A stretch of DNA of 64,000 bases. Origin: an uncultured delta proteobacterium (GTDB taxonomy: Bacteria > Myxococcota_A > UBA9160 > UBA4427). The translations under genes were made by a program, and so were the position numbers. The notes under the pieces were generated by a model that worked only from the letters and a program-made list of their open reading frames with translations, made no database searches and had not been told where the DNA came from. This document shows positions 1 to 10,688 of the stretch, piece after piece (position 1 is the stretch's first letter; every line of letters starts with the position of its first letter). The DNA lies in assembly GCA_963822965.1 (NCBI GenBank), contig CAWGJT010000005.1, forward strand, positions 1,728,001 through 1,792,000. The letters run 5' to 3'.

Positions 1-14
1 CCGATTTCGCAGCC

Positions 15-344
15 ATGGAACAGATCCACGATCGCGCCGACGAGACCGCCAAGCGGCCGAACGCCACCTGGCTGCAGCTCTCGCTCGAGGTGATGGTCTT
101 CTCCGGCATCGGCGTGCTGCTGTGTCTCGCCGGCGCGCGCATCCCCGACGGCCGCGCCGACGCGGGCTTCGTGTTCGCGATCCTCGTGGCCCTGCACGCC
201 GGCGGGGTCGTCCGCTTCGTACTGCGGGCCAGCGAGTTCCTCGAGCTCGAGTGCCCGGTCTGCACACACAGCTTCCACGGCCTACCCGACCGCCTGCCGA
301 AGCCGTTCCGCCGGCACTGCGCCCACTGCGGCTCGCACCTCTGA
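15..344 (+). CDS. Small 2-TM membrane protein with C-terminal Zn ribbon
   Basis: Two hydrophobic helices followed by CPVC...CAHC; GC-rich codon usage. Confidence 0.7.
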   Translation: MEQIHDRADETAKRPNATWLQLSLEVMVFSGIGVLLCLAGARIPDGRADAGFVFAILVALHAGGVVRFVLRASEFLELECPVCTHSFHGLPDRLPKPFRRHCAHCGSHL

Positions 345-446
345 TCCGCATGACGGATCAGGGGTTGTCGGCGCCTCTTCGTCCTTCCCCACGCACCGCG
401 AAGCTCGCCTGGTAGACTCCGCGGGGAGCCTGACCGGGGGAGCGCG

Positions 447-839
447 ATGGACGAGCGAGGCGACACCCACCTCAAGTCGATCGGCTACCTGCTGTGGATC
501 TTCGGCTTCCTGGGAAGCCACCGCTTCTACTACGGCAAGCCCATCTCGGGAACCATCTGGTTCTTCACCCTCGGGCTGCTGGGGATCGGCTGGCTGATCG
601 ACCTGTTCCTGATTCCGGGAATGGACCGCGAGGCCGACCGCCGCTTCCGCAGCGGCCCCATCGACTACACGCTGGCGTGGATCTTCCTCACCTTCTTCGG
701 CTTCTTCGGCATCCACCGCTTCTATCTCGGCAAGTGGCCGACGGCCATCCTCTACCTGCTGACCGGCGGCCTCCTGGGCCTGGGCGTCCTCTACGACTTC
801 TGGACCCTGAACGAGCAGGTGGACGCCGTGAACGCCTGA
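447..839 (+). CDS. TM2/NINE domain-containing membrane protein (two repeats)
   Basis: Two repeats of FGFLGxHRFYxGK...TxGLLGxGxLxD. Confidence 0.9.
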   Translation: MDERGDTHLKSIGYLLWIFGFLGSHRFYYGKPISGTIWFFTLGLLGIGWLIDLFLIPGMDREADRRFRSGPIDYTLAWIFLTFFGFFGIHRFYLGKWPTAILYLLTGGLLGLGVLYDFWTLNEQVDAVNA

Positions 840-895
840 GCGCGCGGGGCGCCCTGCTCCTTCGACCGCAGCCGACGGCTCCTTTCGTCGCCCGC

Positions 896-1254
896 CTACA
901 CGATGATCTCCTCGGCGCCGAACCTGAGACGATAGGCTTCGTACTGCGACGTGTCGTCGTAGCACGCAAGCACCTGCCCATTCGTGAACCGGAGAGTGAG
1001 GGTGCCGTCCGAGGAGGCCTCCGCAGAATCGATCGATTCTCCCACCAGCTGCATCAGCTTCGATTCGTGAACAGGCAGGCAAACACGATCGGAACGATCG
1101 AGATCACCTCGTGTTGCATGCGCGAAGCAAGACTCGATCGTGATGGAGACATCCCGGCTGAATGACAAGTGCACCGTGTTCACGCTGAACGACACCTGCT
1201 CCAGCGTGCAGCCGCGAGCCGAGACGCATCGAATCCCGCAGGGAGGCCGTACAT
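896..1254 (-). CDS. DUF6188-like protein, putative immunity protein (1-nt frameshift near N-terminus)
   Basis: MYGLPAGFDASRL start at 1254 joins ORF ...LVGESIDSAEASSDGTLTLRFTNG...QYEAY; lies at the end of a toxin/immunity patch. Confidence 0.55.
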
Positions 1255-1308
1255 GGACCCTACTCTACTAACTTTGCGATCTCCCTACACAGCATCGGTG
1301 GTCGGCCG

Positions 1309-1800
1309 TCAGCTCGGACGGCGCCATCCAGATCCGACTGCTTCGCAGAACGCCGAGACTCGCTCCACGTCGACCGACGACCGAATCAGAATCGGATCTC
1401 CGGCGCAGGCGTCGTACCACTGCAACGCCAAGCCCGAATCATCATAGACGTGCACGTGCGTGGGAATCGATGCCGTGTCGGTCGACTCCAAGAGCGAGGC
1501 CAGGCCGTCCAGGTTCTCGACGCTCATGGGAACGTGAAAGACGTTCGGCTTCGGAAACAACGTGCCGCCCGGAATCCGAGCTTTGCTCGTCGTTCCATGG
1601 TCGCGCAGGAACTCCTCGATCGACGGCGGCGTACCGCTGTCTTCGAGATAGAGGATGCTATCGGCATCGAGGAGAACCGGGAGCGACCGCAGGAACACGG
1701 GGAACTCCCGCGGTGGGTCGATCTCCCAGGCGTCCGAGCCAATGCTCGGGCGATTGGAACGAGCCCTGCGGAAGATCGCTGCGAAGAGCTCGCGAATCAC
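1309..1800 (-). CDS. Hypothetical protein, putative immunity protein of the upstream Rhs tip
   Basis: 163-aa ORF directly downstream of the Rhs C-terminal fragment. Confidence 0.6.
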   Translation of the reverse strand: MIRELFAAIFRRARSNRPSIGSDAWEIDPPREFPVFLRSLPVLLDADSILYLEDSGTPPSIEEFLRDHGTTSKARIPGGTLFPKPNVFHVPMSVENLDGLASLLESTDTASIPTHVHVYDDSGLALQWYDACAGDPILIRSSVDVERVSAFCEAVGSGWRRPS

Positions 1801-2400
1801 TGTGCCGTCCTCGATGCGGAGGGAACCGCCAGATGGTCTTTCCCCATCCGGTCCCCGAATGCCTTGCAGATGAGGAAGAACGCCTCGGACCGCTCATCGG
1901 GTCTGGTCGCAGACTCGCCACTCAGCCCCGATCTCGTTGATGGAGACCGTGGCCGGCCCGTTCTTGGTGCTCGCCGCGTAGCCGAGCACCTTGTCGTAGC
2001 CGCTCAGCTTGTCTTGGATCCCCTGGATGCCCGGGGTGACGTAGGGCTCGATCTTCGATCCAATCCAGTAGCCCAGAACCCCCGCGCCGCCCACGGCCAC
2101 GCCCTCGGCGGCCCCGACAGCTACCGCCGTGACGATCTGACGGGTCGCCTGGCTCACCACGAAAGCGCCTCCGGAAGCCCCCCCGAAGGTCGAGAAACCG
2201 TCTCGTGCGAGCGCGACCGCGTCCAGCCCCGTCGGGTCGAACGCGTTGAGCGGGTTGTTCTGCACGTAGCTGTAGCGGTTCCAGGCCTGGGCCTCGAAGC
2301 CTTGCCGGTCCGCCGGGTCGGGGCTGATAAAGCGCCCGAGCACGGGGGCGTAGTAGCGGACTTTCATGTCGCCGAGCCCCGTCTCGGCGTCGGCCAGGCT
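1800..2400 (-). pseudogene. Orphan Rhs-associated core + toxin tip fragment
   Basis: DAETGL..MKVRYYAPVLGRFISPDP...NRYSYVQNNPLNAFDPTG (PxxxxDPxG autocleavage motif); no N-terminal Rhs body. Confidence 0.85.
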
Positions 2401-2723
2401 CAATCGGGAAGCAAGCCCCAGTCTCGGAACATCTCGGCACAAGCGTCGATCGAGAAGGACTCGCCAGGAGGGTGCTCGCTCAGCACCGAGAAGCCGTAGC
2501 CGAGTTCCGTCAATTCTCGGCGAACGTCGCGAATCAGCCCGTAGTCGGTAACTACAAGACCCCCGGCCTCGTCATCTGGCCGTCGGACCAATGCCGTCCC
2601 TCGAACAACCGTTCCAGAAGGCAGCTCGACGATGGAGGGAGCTTCGACAACCAGCCCCAGCTCTCGCCCCGCTAGAGTGAGCGCTGCAACCAGATTCGGC
2701 GCGTCACCGCTCACGGCGCTCAA
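2400..2723 (-). CDS. Hypothetical protein, putative immunity protein
   Basis: 107-aa ORF coupled (TTGA start/stop overlap) to the upstream His-rich fragment. Confidence 0.5.
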   Translation of the reverse strand: MSAVSGDAPNLVAALTLAGRELGLVVEAPSIVELPSGTVVRGTALVRRPDDEAGGLVVTDYGLIRDVRRELTELGYGFSVLSEHPPGESFSIDACAEMFRDWGLLPD

Positions 2724-2935
2724 TCCTCCCGAATCGGAAGGTGCTTCACGGGGCCAACGTGACCATGAGGCTCCTGTCCCGGCCCCGGTTCCGAGTGAGG
2801 GATTCGGAGCGGATGTGCCTCTGGGCCGCGAACCCTATCGCTGGGGAACGGGTCGGGCAGCTCTCCGTTCAACTGCCGATAGGCTTCCATGTCACCTTCT
2901 GATAGGCTTCCGCGTCGTTTGTCCTCGTTTGCCAT
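2720..2935 (-). pseudogene. Putative polymorphic toxin C-terminal fragment
   Basis: RGPEAHP...PHGHVGPVKHLPI His-rich tip preceding an immunity-like ORF. Confidence 0.45.
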
Positions 2936-3058
2936 TTCGACCAGCGCCCGCTTCTCATCACTACATGCTTCGCTCCCGCTCTATCGTATGCGTCGTGGCT
3001 GGGCGTTGCGGCGGTGGCGCCGGGTGCGTGCCGCGCGAGAGGCGGGAGCGCCAGTGCT

Positions 3059-3739
3059 CTATGCGTTCGTCTCGTCCGCGAGCGCCTCGAAGACCGCGGG
3101 CACCTCGTGGGCGCTGTCGAGCACGCGCCAGGCGCGCGAGAAGTCGCCGCCGCGGCTGAAGCCTCCGGGCACCACCACGCAGCGCATGCCTGCGGCGACC
3201 GCCGACGCGCAGGCCGCGCTCCGAGTCCTCCACCACCAGGCACTCGTCGGGTGCGAGCCCCAGGCGACGCGCGGCGGCGAGGTAGCCGTCCGGATGCGGC
3301 TTGTGGCGCGGGTAGTCGCCGGAGGCCAGCACGAACTCGAAGTGGCCGGAGCAGGCCCAGGGGCTCGTGGATCAGCTCGAAGTGCTCGCGTCCCGAGGCC
3401 GTCACGATGGCCATGGGCAGCCGGCCCGCGAGGGCGGCGAGCGCCTCGCGCACGCCGTCGAGCACGCGCACGCCCTCGCGCAGCAGCGCCGCGTAGCGCG
3501 CGTCGCGCCGCTCGCGCTGGGCGCGGATCTCTTCGTCGCCCACGCCCCGCTCGGCCACCAGGTCGAAGAGGCTGCGGCCCTCGCGCATGCTGAAGTGCGA
3601 CGTAGCGCTCTTCGTCGAGCGCGATCCCGTAGCCGGCGAGCACCTCCCGGGTGGCCTGGAAGAAGAGGGGCTCGCTGTCCACCAGGACGCCGTCGTTGTC
3701 CCACAGCAGCGCGCGCGGCTTGGCTCCGCGCGCGCTCAC
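3059..3739 (-). CDS. HAD-superfamily hydrolase (beta-PGM-like; frameshifted)
   Basis: [13 protein letters not shown] motif [22 protein letters not shown], spread over several frames. Confidence 0.85.
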   Translation of the reverse strand: MSARGAKPRALLWDNDGVLVDSEPLFFQATREVLAGYGIALDEERYVALQHARGPQPLRPGGRAGRGRRRDPRPARAARRALRGAAARGRARARRRARGARRPRGPAAHGHRDGLGTRALRADPRAPGPAPATSSSCWPPATTRATSRIRTATSPPRVAWGSHPTSAWWWRTRSAACASAVAAGMRCVVVPGGFSRGGDFSRAWRVLDSAHEVPAVFEALADETNA

Positions 3740-4138
3740 TTCTTCTCGGTGTCGAGGTCGAGGGCCGCCGAGTTCATGCAGTAGCGCTCGCCGGTGGGAT
3801 GCGGCCCGTCCGGGAAGACGTGGCCCAGGTGCGCGTCGCAGCGCGCGCAGCGCACCTCGATGCGCCGCATGCCCAGGCTGTCGTCGGTCTCGGTCACGAT
3901 CGCCTCTTCGGAGATGGGCTGGAAGAAGCTCGGCCAGCCGCTGCCGGAGTCGTACTTCGTGTCGGAGCTGAAGAGCGGCGTGCTCGCAGCACACGCACAC
4001 GTAGGTGCCCTCTTCCTTGCAGTCCCAGTACTTGCCCGTGAAGGCGCGCTCGGTGCCCGCCTGGCGGGCCACGGCGAACTGCTCGGGCGTGAGCTGGGCG
4101 CGCCACTCCTCGTCGGTCTTCTTCACCTTGTCGCTCAT
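3736..4138 (-). CDS. msrB: Peptide-methionine (R)-S-oxide reductase (frameshifted)
   Basis: [49 protein letters not shown]. Confidence 0.92.
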
Positions 4139-4215
4139 GGCGATTCGTCCTTCCTTCTCTACTTTCTCTTCTTCCTTGCTTCGTTGTTCCCCGTCGCTCG
4201 GGGGGTGTTCGTCTC

Positions 4216-5674
4216 TCAAGCGTGCACGGGCGGGCGGCGCTCGCTGCCAGGCCTACGCGACTCCTCGAGCCGGGCGGCCACCTGCAGCAGCAGGTCCTCG
4301 CGGCCGTAGGGGGCGACGAGCTGGCTGCCCACCGGCAGCCCCTCTGCGGTCCAGTGCGCGGGCAGCGAGATGGCCGGCTGGCCGGAGAGGTTGAAGGGCA
4401 GCGTGTAGACCCCATACGGCGCGGCCATCAGGAACGCGCGCAGCGGCTGCTCGGCGGTCGAGAGAGGGTGCCGATGCGCGGCGGCGGCTGGGCCTGGGTG
4501 GGGGTGAGCAGCAGGTCGAAGCCGCCCTGCCACCACGTCGGCCAGGCGCCGCCCGAGCGCCGTGCACGAACTCGAGGGACGCCAGGTGCTGGGGCGGCCG
4601 TGATCTCGCGTCCCCGCACCGGCGAGCGCCCAGGTGAGGGGCTCGACGTCGTTCGGCTCGACGGCGCGACCCACCTTCTCGCCCCAGCACTCGAGGGCGC
4701 GGGCCACGTTGGCAGCACACGACGTTCACGTAGGCGGCCACCACCTGGGGATCGTCGAGGGCCGCGGGGTACGACTCCTCGACGTGGTGGCCGAGGGCCT
4801 CGAGGGCCCGCGCGGTGGTCGCGGCCGGCCGCCACCGACGTCGTCGGAGACGTCGCTCGCACGCGGACCCACCGTCATGAGCCCGATCGCGCAGCCGTCC
4901 GGGATCGCGCGCGGAAGCTCGCCGCGTAGGGGGCGGCCGGGCGGCGGCGCGTAGTAGGGATCGCCGGGCATGGGTCCGTACGTCACGTCGAGCAGCGCCG
5001 CGGCTGTCGCGCACGCTGCGGGTCACGACGAACTCGGCCGAGAAGCCGCTCCAGCGCTCGCCCAGGCCGGGCCCGAACGAGTTGCGGCCGCGCGTGGGCT
5101 TGAGGCCCACCAGCGCGCACATGCTGGCGGGGCCGCGGATCGAGCCGCCGCCGTCGCTGGCGTGGGCGGCGGGCACGAGCCCCGCCGCCACCGCCGCCGA
5201 CGCGCCGCCGCTCGAGCCGCCCGAGCTGTGCTCGAGGCTCCAGGGATTGCGGGTGGGCCCGTAGGCCGCGGGCTCGGTGGTGGGCAGCAGCGCCAGCTCG
5301 GGGGTGTTCGTGCGCCCGAGCGAGACGAGACCCGCCGCGCGGATCTTCTGGGTGAAGTAGGCGTCGTAGGTCGCCTTCCAGCCGGCCGCCTTCGCGAAGC
5401 CCATGCCCGCGTGCAGCGGCTCGCCGGCCTCGTCGCCGCCGATGTCCTTCATCAGGAAGGGCACGCCGCGGAAGGGCCCGTCGGGCAGCTCGGCCGCCGG
5501 CCTGGGTGCGGGCGCGCTCGAAGGCGGGATGGATGACCGCGTTGAGCTCCGGGTCGAGCTTCTCGATGCGTGCGATCGCGGCGTCCACCAGCTCGCGCGG
5601 CGAGGCATTTCGCGGCTGCGCACCAGCTCCGCCTGGGCGGTGGCGTCGAGCCGGGCAACGGGGTCGTCGGACAT
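4216..5674 (-). CDS. Amidase signature family protein (multiple frameshifts)
   Basis: [45 protein letters not shown]. Confidence 0.9.
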
Positions 5675-5774
5675 GGCTTCGTTGCTCCTCTGTCTCTATC
5701 TGGCATCGGTCGTGGCACCGCCGTCTTCCGCTTCCGTCTTCTCCAGGCGCTTCCGCTCGCTTCCAGGTCGGCCT

Positions 5775-6198
5775 TCAGTCTGCTTCGATGCCGGCAGCCG
5801 GCTCGGGCGGGTTCTCCAGCCGGATCACGACGGCTCCGCCTCGGGGCTCGCAGGCTGACGATGCGGGGCGAGCGGTCGTCGGCCCGGAACTGCAGCCGCA
5901 CCGCGCCCTCGGGATCTCCCGGCCCAGGGGCGCCCGCGCGACGGGGCCGCCCAGCACCCGCCACCACGGCTCCTCCTCGCTGGCGTCCTGCAGGCCGGGC
6001 GGCGCGTGCGCGGCGTCTCCAGGTAGTCGACCCCTAGTTCGTCCGTGCGTGGGGTCCGCGGTTACCGCGATCCGGCCCAGATCGAAGGTCAGCATCAGGG
6101 ACGAGACGCGATCCGTCCGGTCGCCCAGGGGCGCCACGTCGGCGCGCAGCAGCTGACCCGCCCCCTTTGACGGCCCTCTCGAAAAGCTCGATGCCCAC
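5775..6198 (-). CDS. Hypothetical protein (frameshifted)
   Basis: Coding-like segment LLRADVAPL...LTFDLGRIAVTADP...DASEEEPWWRVLG. Confidence 0.45.
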
Positions 6199-6226
6199 GG
6201 ACGACAGTCTACACTCGCCCCATGGC

Positions 6227-6486
6227 GTGGAAGTCGATCACGAAGGGGCGCGACGCGTGTCCCCGAAGGGCTCGCCGTCCGACGGCGGCGCCACGAGCAC
6301 GGCTGGGCGCCCCGGGAGCTGATCCCGCCATCGGCGAGGCCAGCTACCACGCCAGCGGCCGGCGCGAGACGATCTAGCCCGAACCTGCTGGCGGCCATCG
6401 AGGAGCGCAACGAGCCGGTTCCGTACGACACCCTGTGCCTGGTGGCCGCGGGACTCGGCTGCGATCCGGTGGACATCCTGCGCTGA
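6227..6486 (+). CDS. Small XRE-type HTH-like protein (frameshifted)
   Basis: RRRRHEHGWAPREL...LLAAIEERNEPVPYDTLCLVAAGLGCDPVDILR resembles an XRE HTH. Confidence 0.5.
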
Positions 6487-6519
6487 GGCCCGTGCCTCGA
6501 GAGCAGACCAGGAGGATGC

Positions 6520-7302
6520 ATGGAGTACGTCGAAGTCGCCGAGGCACGCAAGCGCGGGGGGCTTCGGCTCGTCCTCACGGCCGGCGTTCCCGGTCCCTGG
6601 GGCGAGGCCGCCAAGGGCGTGCTGCACGTAAAGCGCATTCCCTACACGGCGGTGCGTCAGAAGGGGGGCCAGGTCAACGACGAGCTGCGCGCGTGGACGG
6701 GCTACGACAACGCGCCCCAGGCCGTCTACGAGGACGAGCGGGCCCGCATCGGCTGGAGCGAGATCCTCTTCCTCGCCGAGCGGCTCGCCCCGAACCCGTC
6801 GCTCATCCCGAGCGACCCGCACCAGCGGGTGCTGATGTTCGGGCTGCTGCACGAGATCGCCGGCGAGATGGGCTTCGCGTGGTGCCGGAGGCTCCAGATC
6901 TTCCATCCCATCCTGCAGCTGCCCGAGGGCGCGGTGCCCGCGGCCCTGCGCGATTCGGTGGGACGCATGGCGGCGAAGTACGGCTACACCGCCGAGGCCG
7001 CCGCGGCGGCGAGCGTGCGGGTGGTGGAGATCCTGGAGGTGCTCTCGCAGACGCTGCGCGCCCAGCGGGAGCGGGGAAGCGGCTTCCTGGTGGGCGACGC
7101 GCTCTCGGCCGCCGACGTCTACTGGGCCACCTTCGCCGCCATGCTCGAGCCGCTGCCGCCGGACGTGTGCCCCATGGACGAGATGATGCGCCGCAGCTAC
7201 ACGCTGCGCGACGAGGAAGCGCTGGAGGCCGCGGACCCGATCCTGCTGGACCACCGAGACCGCATCTACCGCGACTACCTGGAGCTACCGCTGTCCTTCT
7301 AG
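6520..7302 (+). CDS. Glutathione S-transferase-like protein
   Basis: PGPWGEAAKG..HVKRIP, SEILFLAERL, FLVGDALSAADVY; RBS AGGAGG. Confidence 0.85.
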   Translation: MEYVEVAEARKRGGLRLVLTAGVPGPWGEAAKGVLHVKRIPYTAVRQKGGQVNDELRAWTGYDNAPQAVYEDERARIGWSEILFLAERLAPNPSLIPSDPHQRVLMFGLLHEIAGEMGFAWCRRLQIFHPILQLPEGAVPAALRDSVGRMAAKYGYTAEAAAAASVRVVEILEVLSQTLRAQRERGSGFLVGDALSAADVYWATFAAMLEPLPPDVCPMDEMMRRSYTLRDEEALEAADPILLDHRDRIYRDYLELPLSF

Positions 7303-7311
7303 ACCCGGCCG

Positions 7312-7729
7312 CCGCAGCTCCCGCGAGGCGGCCGAGAGTGCTGCAGATTCGCGGCCCTCGGAGCGGAGCGAAGCGGAGGCGCGAAGCGTAGCTTCGCCCC
7401 GGAGGCCGCCGCAGGCGTACTCCCGTACGTCGAGGACGGCCGGAGCGAGAAGGTCGCGAAGATGCAGTGCTATCGGCCGCCGCAGCCCCCGCAGCTCCCG
7501 CGAGGCGGCCGAGAGTGCTGCAGATTCGCGGCCCTCGGAGCGGAGCGAAGCGGAGGCGCGAAGCGCAGCTTCGCCCCGGAGGCCGCCGCAGGCGTACTCC
7601 CGTACGTCGAGGACGGCCGGAGCGAGAAGGTCGTGAAGATGCAGTGCTATCGGCCGCCGCAGCCTCGTACGTCGAGGACGGCCGGAGCGAGAAGGTCGCG
7701 AAGATGCAGTGCGATCGGCCGCCGCAGCC
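7312..7729. repeat. Intergenic REP/MITE-like element: two 177-bp tandem units plus a 64-bp partial unit
   Basis: Units start at 7312 and 7489; partial copy 7666-7729; lies between convergent genes. Confidence 0.85.
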
Positions 7730-8008
7730 TCAGATGCCCATCTCGGAGAGCTGATCGACGAGCCGGCGGACCGCCTCGGTGAGGGCGGGGTGCGATCCCT
7801 CGAAGCGCTCGAGGCGCTCGCGCAGGGCGTCGAGCGCCTCGCTGGCCGGGCCCTCGTCGCTCGTCTCGTCGAGGGTGGACTGGATCTGGGAGGCGGCCGC
7901 ACGCAGCGCGTCCCGGGACGGCTCGTCCAGGTCGTGGGCGGAGTCCAGGACTTCGTGCAGCTCCCGCAGGAGCGCTCCGAGTCGACCGGCGGAACGGGGC
8001 TCGCTCAT
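7730..8008 (-). CDS. DUF4404 family protein
   Basis: LRELHEVL...FEGSHPALTEAVRRLVDQLSEMGI. Confidence 0.85.
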   Translation of the reverse strand: MSEPRSAGRLGALLRELHEVLDSAHDLDEPSRDALRAAASQIQSTLDETSDEGPASEALDALRERLERFEGSHPALTEAVRRLVDQLSEMGI

Positions 8009-8070
8009 GCTTTCTCCTCTCTCGGATCGTAGCGGCGATCGGGGCGGCTGCCCCGGTCTCCCCGCGCCGA

Positions 8071-9375
8071 TCAGCGCAGCCCGCAGGCCTTCATGCGCTG
8101 ATAGGCCAGGTCGCGCACCTGGTCGGCGACGCCCAGGGCGCCCGAGCGCCAGCCCTTGCCGTCAAAGCCGTAGAAGCGGGTGAGCGAGAGGCCGAGCCCG
8201 CTCTGGTCGTGGGACTGCTCGAGGCCCAGCCACTGCTCGCAGGGAATCGAGTCGAGCTCCTCCTTCGAGTCGAGCCAGCCCGAGCGGTCGAGGTCGTAGC
8301 GGGCCAGCAGCCACTGCCGGGCCTCCTCGTGCCAGCTCTCGAAGGGCTGTCCGCTGCGGTCGGAGGCGCTCTCGGCCGCCGCGCCCACGGCGGCTGGCGG
8401 CTTCGGGCGCGGCGCCTGGGGCTCGGCCCGGGCCACGCGCTCGAGCCGCGGCCGCACCCCCAGCACCCGGCCGGGCTCCGCTTCGACGATCCCCTCCCAG
8501 GCCCGGTAGCCGTCCTTCGACACCCGCACCTCGTGCTCGCCCGCGCGCACCGGATGCTGGGTCTCACCGGTCGCACCCACCGGCTTGCCGTCGATGGTGA
8601 GCTTGTCGTCCGCCACGTTCGAGCGCACCACGAGCCAGGCCGTATCGCCGCAGAGCTCGGGGGCGAAGGTCAGCTCGTCGCCGCCGTGGGCCTCGACGTC
8701 GTGCTGCCAGTAGTCGCGGCAGTCCGGATGGCTCACCTTGAGCGAGTAGGTGCCGGGCGCCAGCCAGTAGACGCTGTCGTCGGCGGCACCCTGGGCCACC
8801 ACCTCGGGCTTGTCGCCCCGGGTGCGCACCTCGAGCATGGCGCCTTCGACGGAGCTGTGGGCGACGAGCCGGGCGCGCTCGCCCGCGTCGAGGGCCTCCC
8901 CGGTGCCGCCGGCGTCGTCCGCGGACTCTTCCTCCGCGGCGGCGCCGTCGATCGCGTAGCCGCCGCCCTCGCCGCCGGCGCCACCCCCCGCGCCCCCCAC
9001 CAGCACCGCGGGACCGAACCCCTCCCGTTGCCACACCAGGTGCACGACGAGCCCCAGGGCGACGACGGTGGCCACGATCGCCCAGGCGAGCAGCCAGCGC
9101 GGCGCGCGGCGAGAAGGCGGCGCGGCGTCAGGCTGCTGCCTTCCCGGCGACGCGTCGCCTGCCAGCAGCTGCTCGAGGGCGCGGTCCAGGTCGTCCAGCT
9201 CGGCGCGGCGCGCGGCGCGGAAGCCGGCGTCCTCGGACGCGGCCGCCCGGGCCTCGACGTGCGCCCGCAGGGCCTGGTGCGCGGCGCGGATCTCGCCCGC
9301 GTCGGCTCCCTCGGCGAGTCCGAGGATCCCCAGTGCAAGGCCCCGCTCCGGCACGGTCCGCCCTTTCGCCTCCAT
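8071..9375 (-). CDS. Membrane protein: J-domain-like N-terminus, TM helix, PEGA repeats, EF-hand-like C-terminus
   Basis: ALGILGL..GADAGEIRAAHQAL (no HPD), TM, VRSNVADDKLTIDGK...GEHEVRVSKDGY, DLDRSGWLDSKEE. Confidence 0.75.
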   Translation of the reverse strand: MEAKGRTVPERGLALGILGLAEGADAGEIRAAHQALRAHVEARAAASEDAGFRAARRAELDDLDRALEQLLAGDASPGRQQPDAAPPSRRAPRWLLAWAIVATVVALGLVVHLVWQREGFGPAVLVGGAGGGAGGEGGGYAIDGAAAEEESADDAGGTGEALDAGERARLVAHSSVEGAMLEVRTRGDKPEVVAQGAADDSVYWLAPGTYSLKVSHPDCRDYWQHDVEAHGGDELTFAPELCGDTAWLVVRSNVADDKLTIDGKPVGATGETQHPVRAGEHEVRVSKDGYRAWEGIVEAEPGRVLGVRPRLERVARAEPQAPRPKPPAAVGAAAESASDRSGQPFESWHEEARQWLLARYDLDRSGWLDSKEELDSIPCEQWLGLEQSHDQSGLGLSLTRFYGFDGKGWRSGALGVADQVRDLAYQRMKACGLR

Positions 9376-9512
9376 CCCGGCTCCCGGGATTCCGGCGCGC
9401 TCCGCCGTTCCGCCTCCATCCCGTTCCCGGGATGCGGCTCCCTGGGAGCCACGCCGCGGGCCCGTCACGGTAGCAGTCCGGCCGCCGCGGCTGGCTGTGA
9501 CATACTCCCCGC

Positions 9513-10677
9513 GTGTCCGACGGCGCAACGACCCTGGGCCCCGCGCGCGTCTCGTCGAGCCCGACGGGCGCGGACGTCCCCTGCCCCCACTGCGGGCACC
9601 CGAATCCGCCCCCCCGCAGCGCCGACTCCATCGTCGACTGCCGCCACTGCGACCGCTCGTTCGCGTGGCGCCGCCCGCAGGCCGCGGAAGCGCAGCCCGT
9701 GGAGGCCATCGCCTCGGGCTTCCAGGCCATCCAGGCGCGCTCGCCCACCGACGTGGGCCTGCGCGTCACCGGCATCGCCGCGGCCGCCCTCACCGTCCTC
9801 TTCTATGCGGCGGTGGTGCACCCGCTGGCGGGCACCTACGTGGGCGAGCTCTTCGGGGCGCGCGGCTGGGTGCCCTACGTGATCGCGTGGCTCTCGGCCT
9901 GGGCCGGCGTGCTGCTGGGCCTCAAGGCGTGGCTGCTGGCCGCCCAGCGCCGGGCGCTCGACGTGGACTGGCTGCCCGACGCCCTCGCCACCCGCATCAC
10001 CCCCGCCAACGCCGAGCGCTTCCGCCGCAACCTGCACGACCTGGCGGCGCGGGCGCTGCCCCGCCCCGGCCTGCCCGTGGCACGCGGCCTGGCGCTGGGC
10101 AGCTCGCGCAGCTTCCTGGTCGGGACGCATCGACCGCGCCCTCGAGCGCCTGCGCATGCGGGGCAGCGCGCCGGACGTGATCGACCAGCTGGCCAGCCAG
10201 TCGCAGCTCGACGCCAACGCCGTCGAATCGAGCTACACGATGGTGCGTGTGTTCATCTGGGCGATCCCGCTGCTGGGCTTCATTGGCACGGTGGTGGGCA
10301 TCAGCGCGGCGGTCGCCGGCTTCTCGGACTCGGTGGCGTCGGCGGTGGACCTGGACGTGATGAAGCAGTCCATCGGCACCGTCACCATGGGCCTGGGCGT
10401 GGCCTTCGACACCACCCTGCTGGCCCTGGTGATGAGCATCGTCATCATGCTGCCCACCACCTCGCTGCAGAAGGCCGAGGAGGACTTCCTCAGCCGGGTG
10501 GACGCTTACTGCGACGAGCGGCTGGGACGCCGGCTCGACGACGGCAGACGGCCCCACGAGCCCGCCCCCGACCCCGGCACCCTGGCCACCCAGATCGCAA
10601 GGCTCGCCCGAACCATCGAGGCCCTGGACACGAAGCTCTCCGCGAGCAGCGGCCGAGGCCCGAGCCGGGGCGAGTGA
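9513..10677 (+). CDS. MotA/TolQ/ExbB proton-channel family protein with N-terminal Zn ribbon (frameshift near 10130)
   Basis: CPHC..CRHC; WAIPLLGFIGTVVGIS; GLGVAFDTTLLAL. Confidence 0.85.
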
Positions 10678-10688
10678 GCGGGCGCGGC

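Noticed and set aside
7312..7729. CRISPR array
   Set aside because: Long tandem units without unique spacers; no cas genes.
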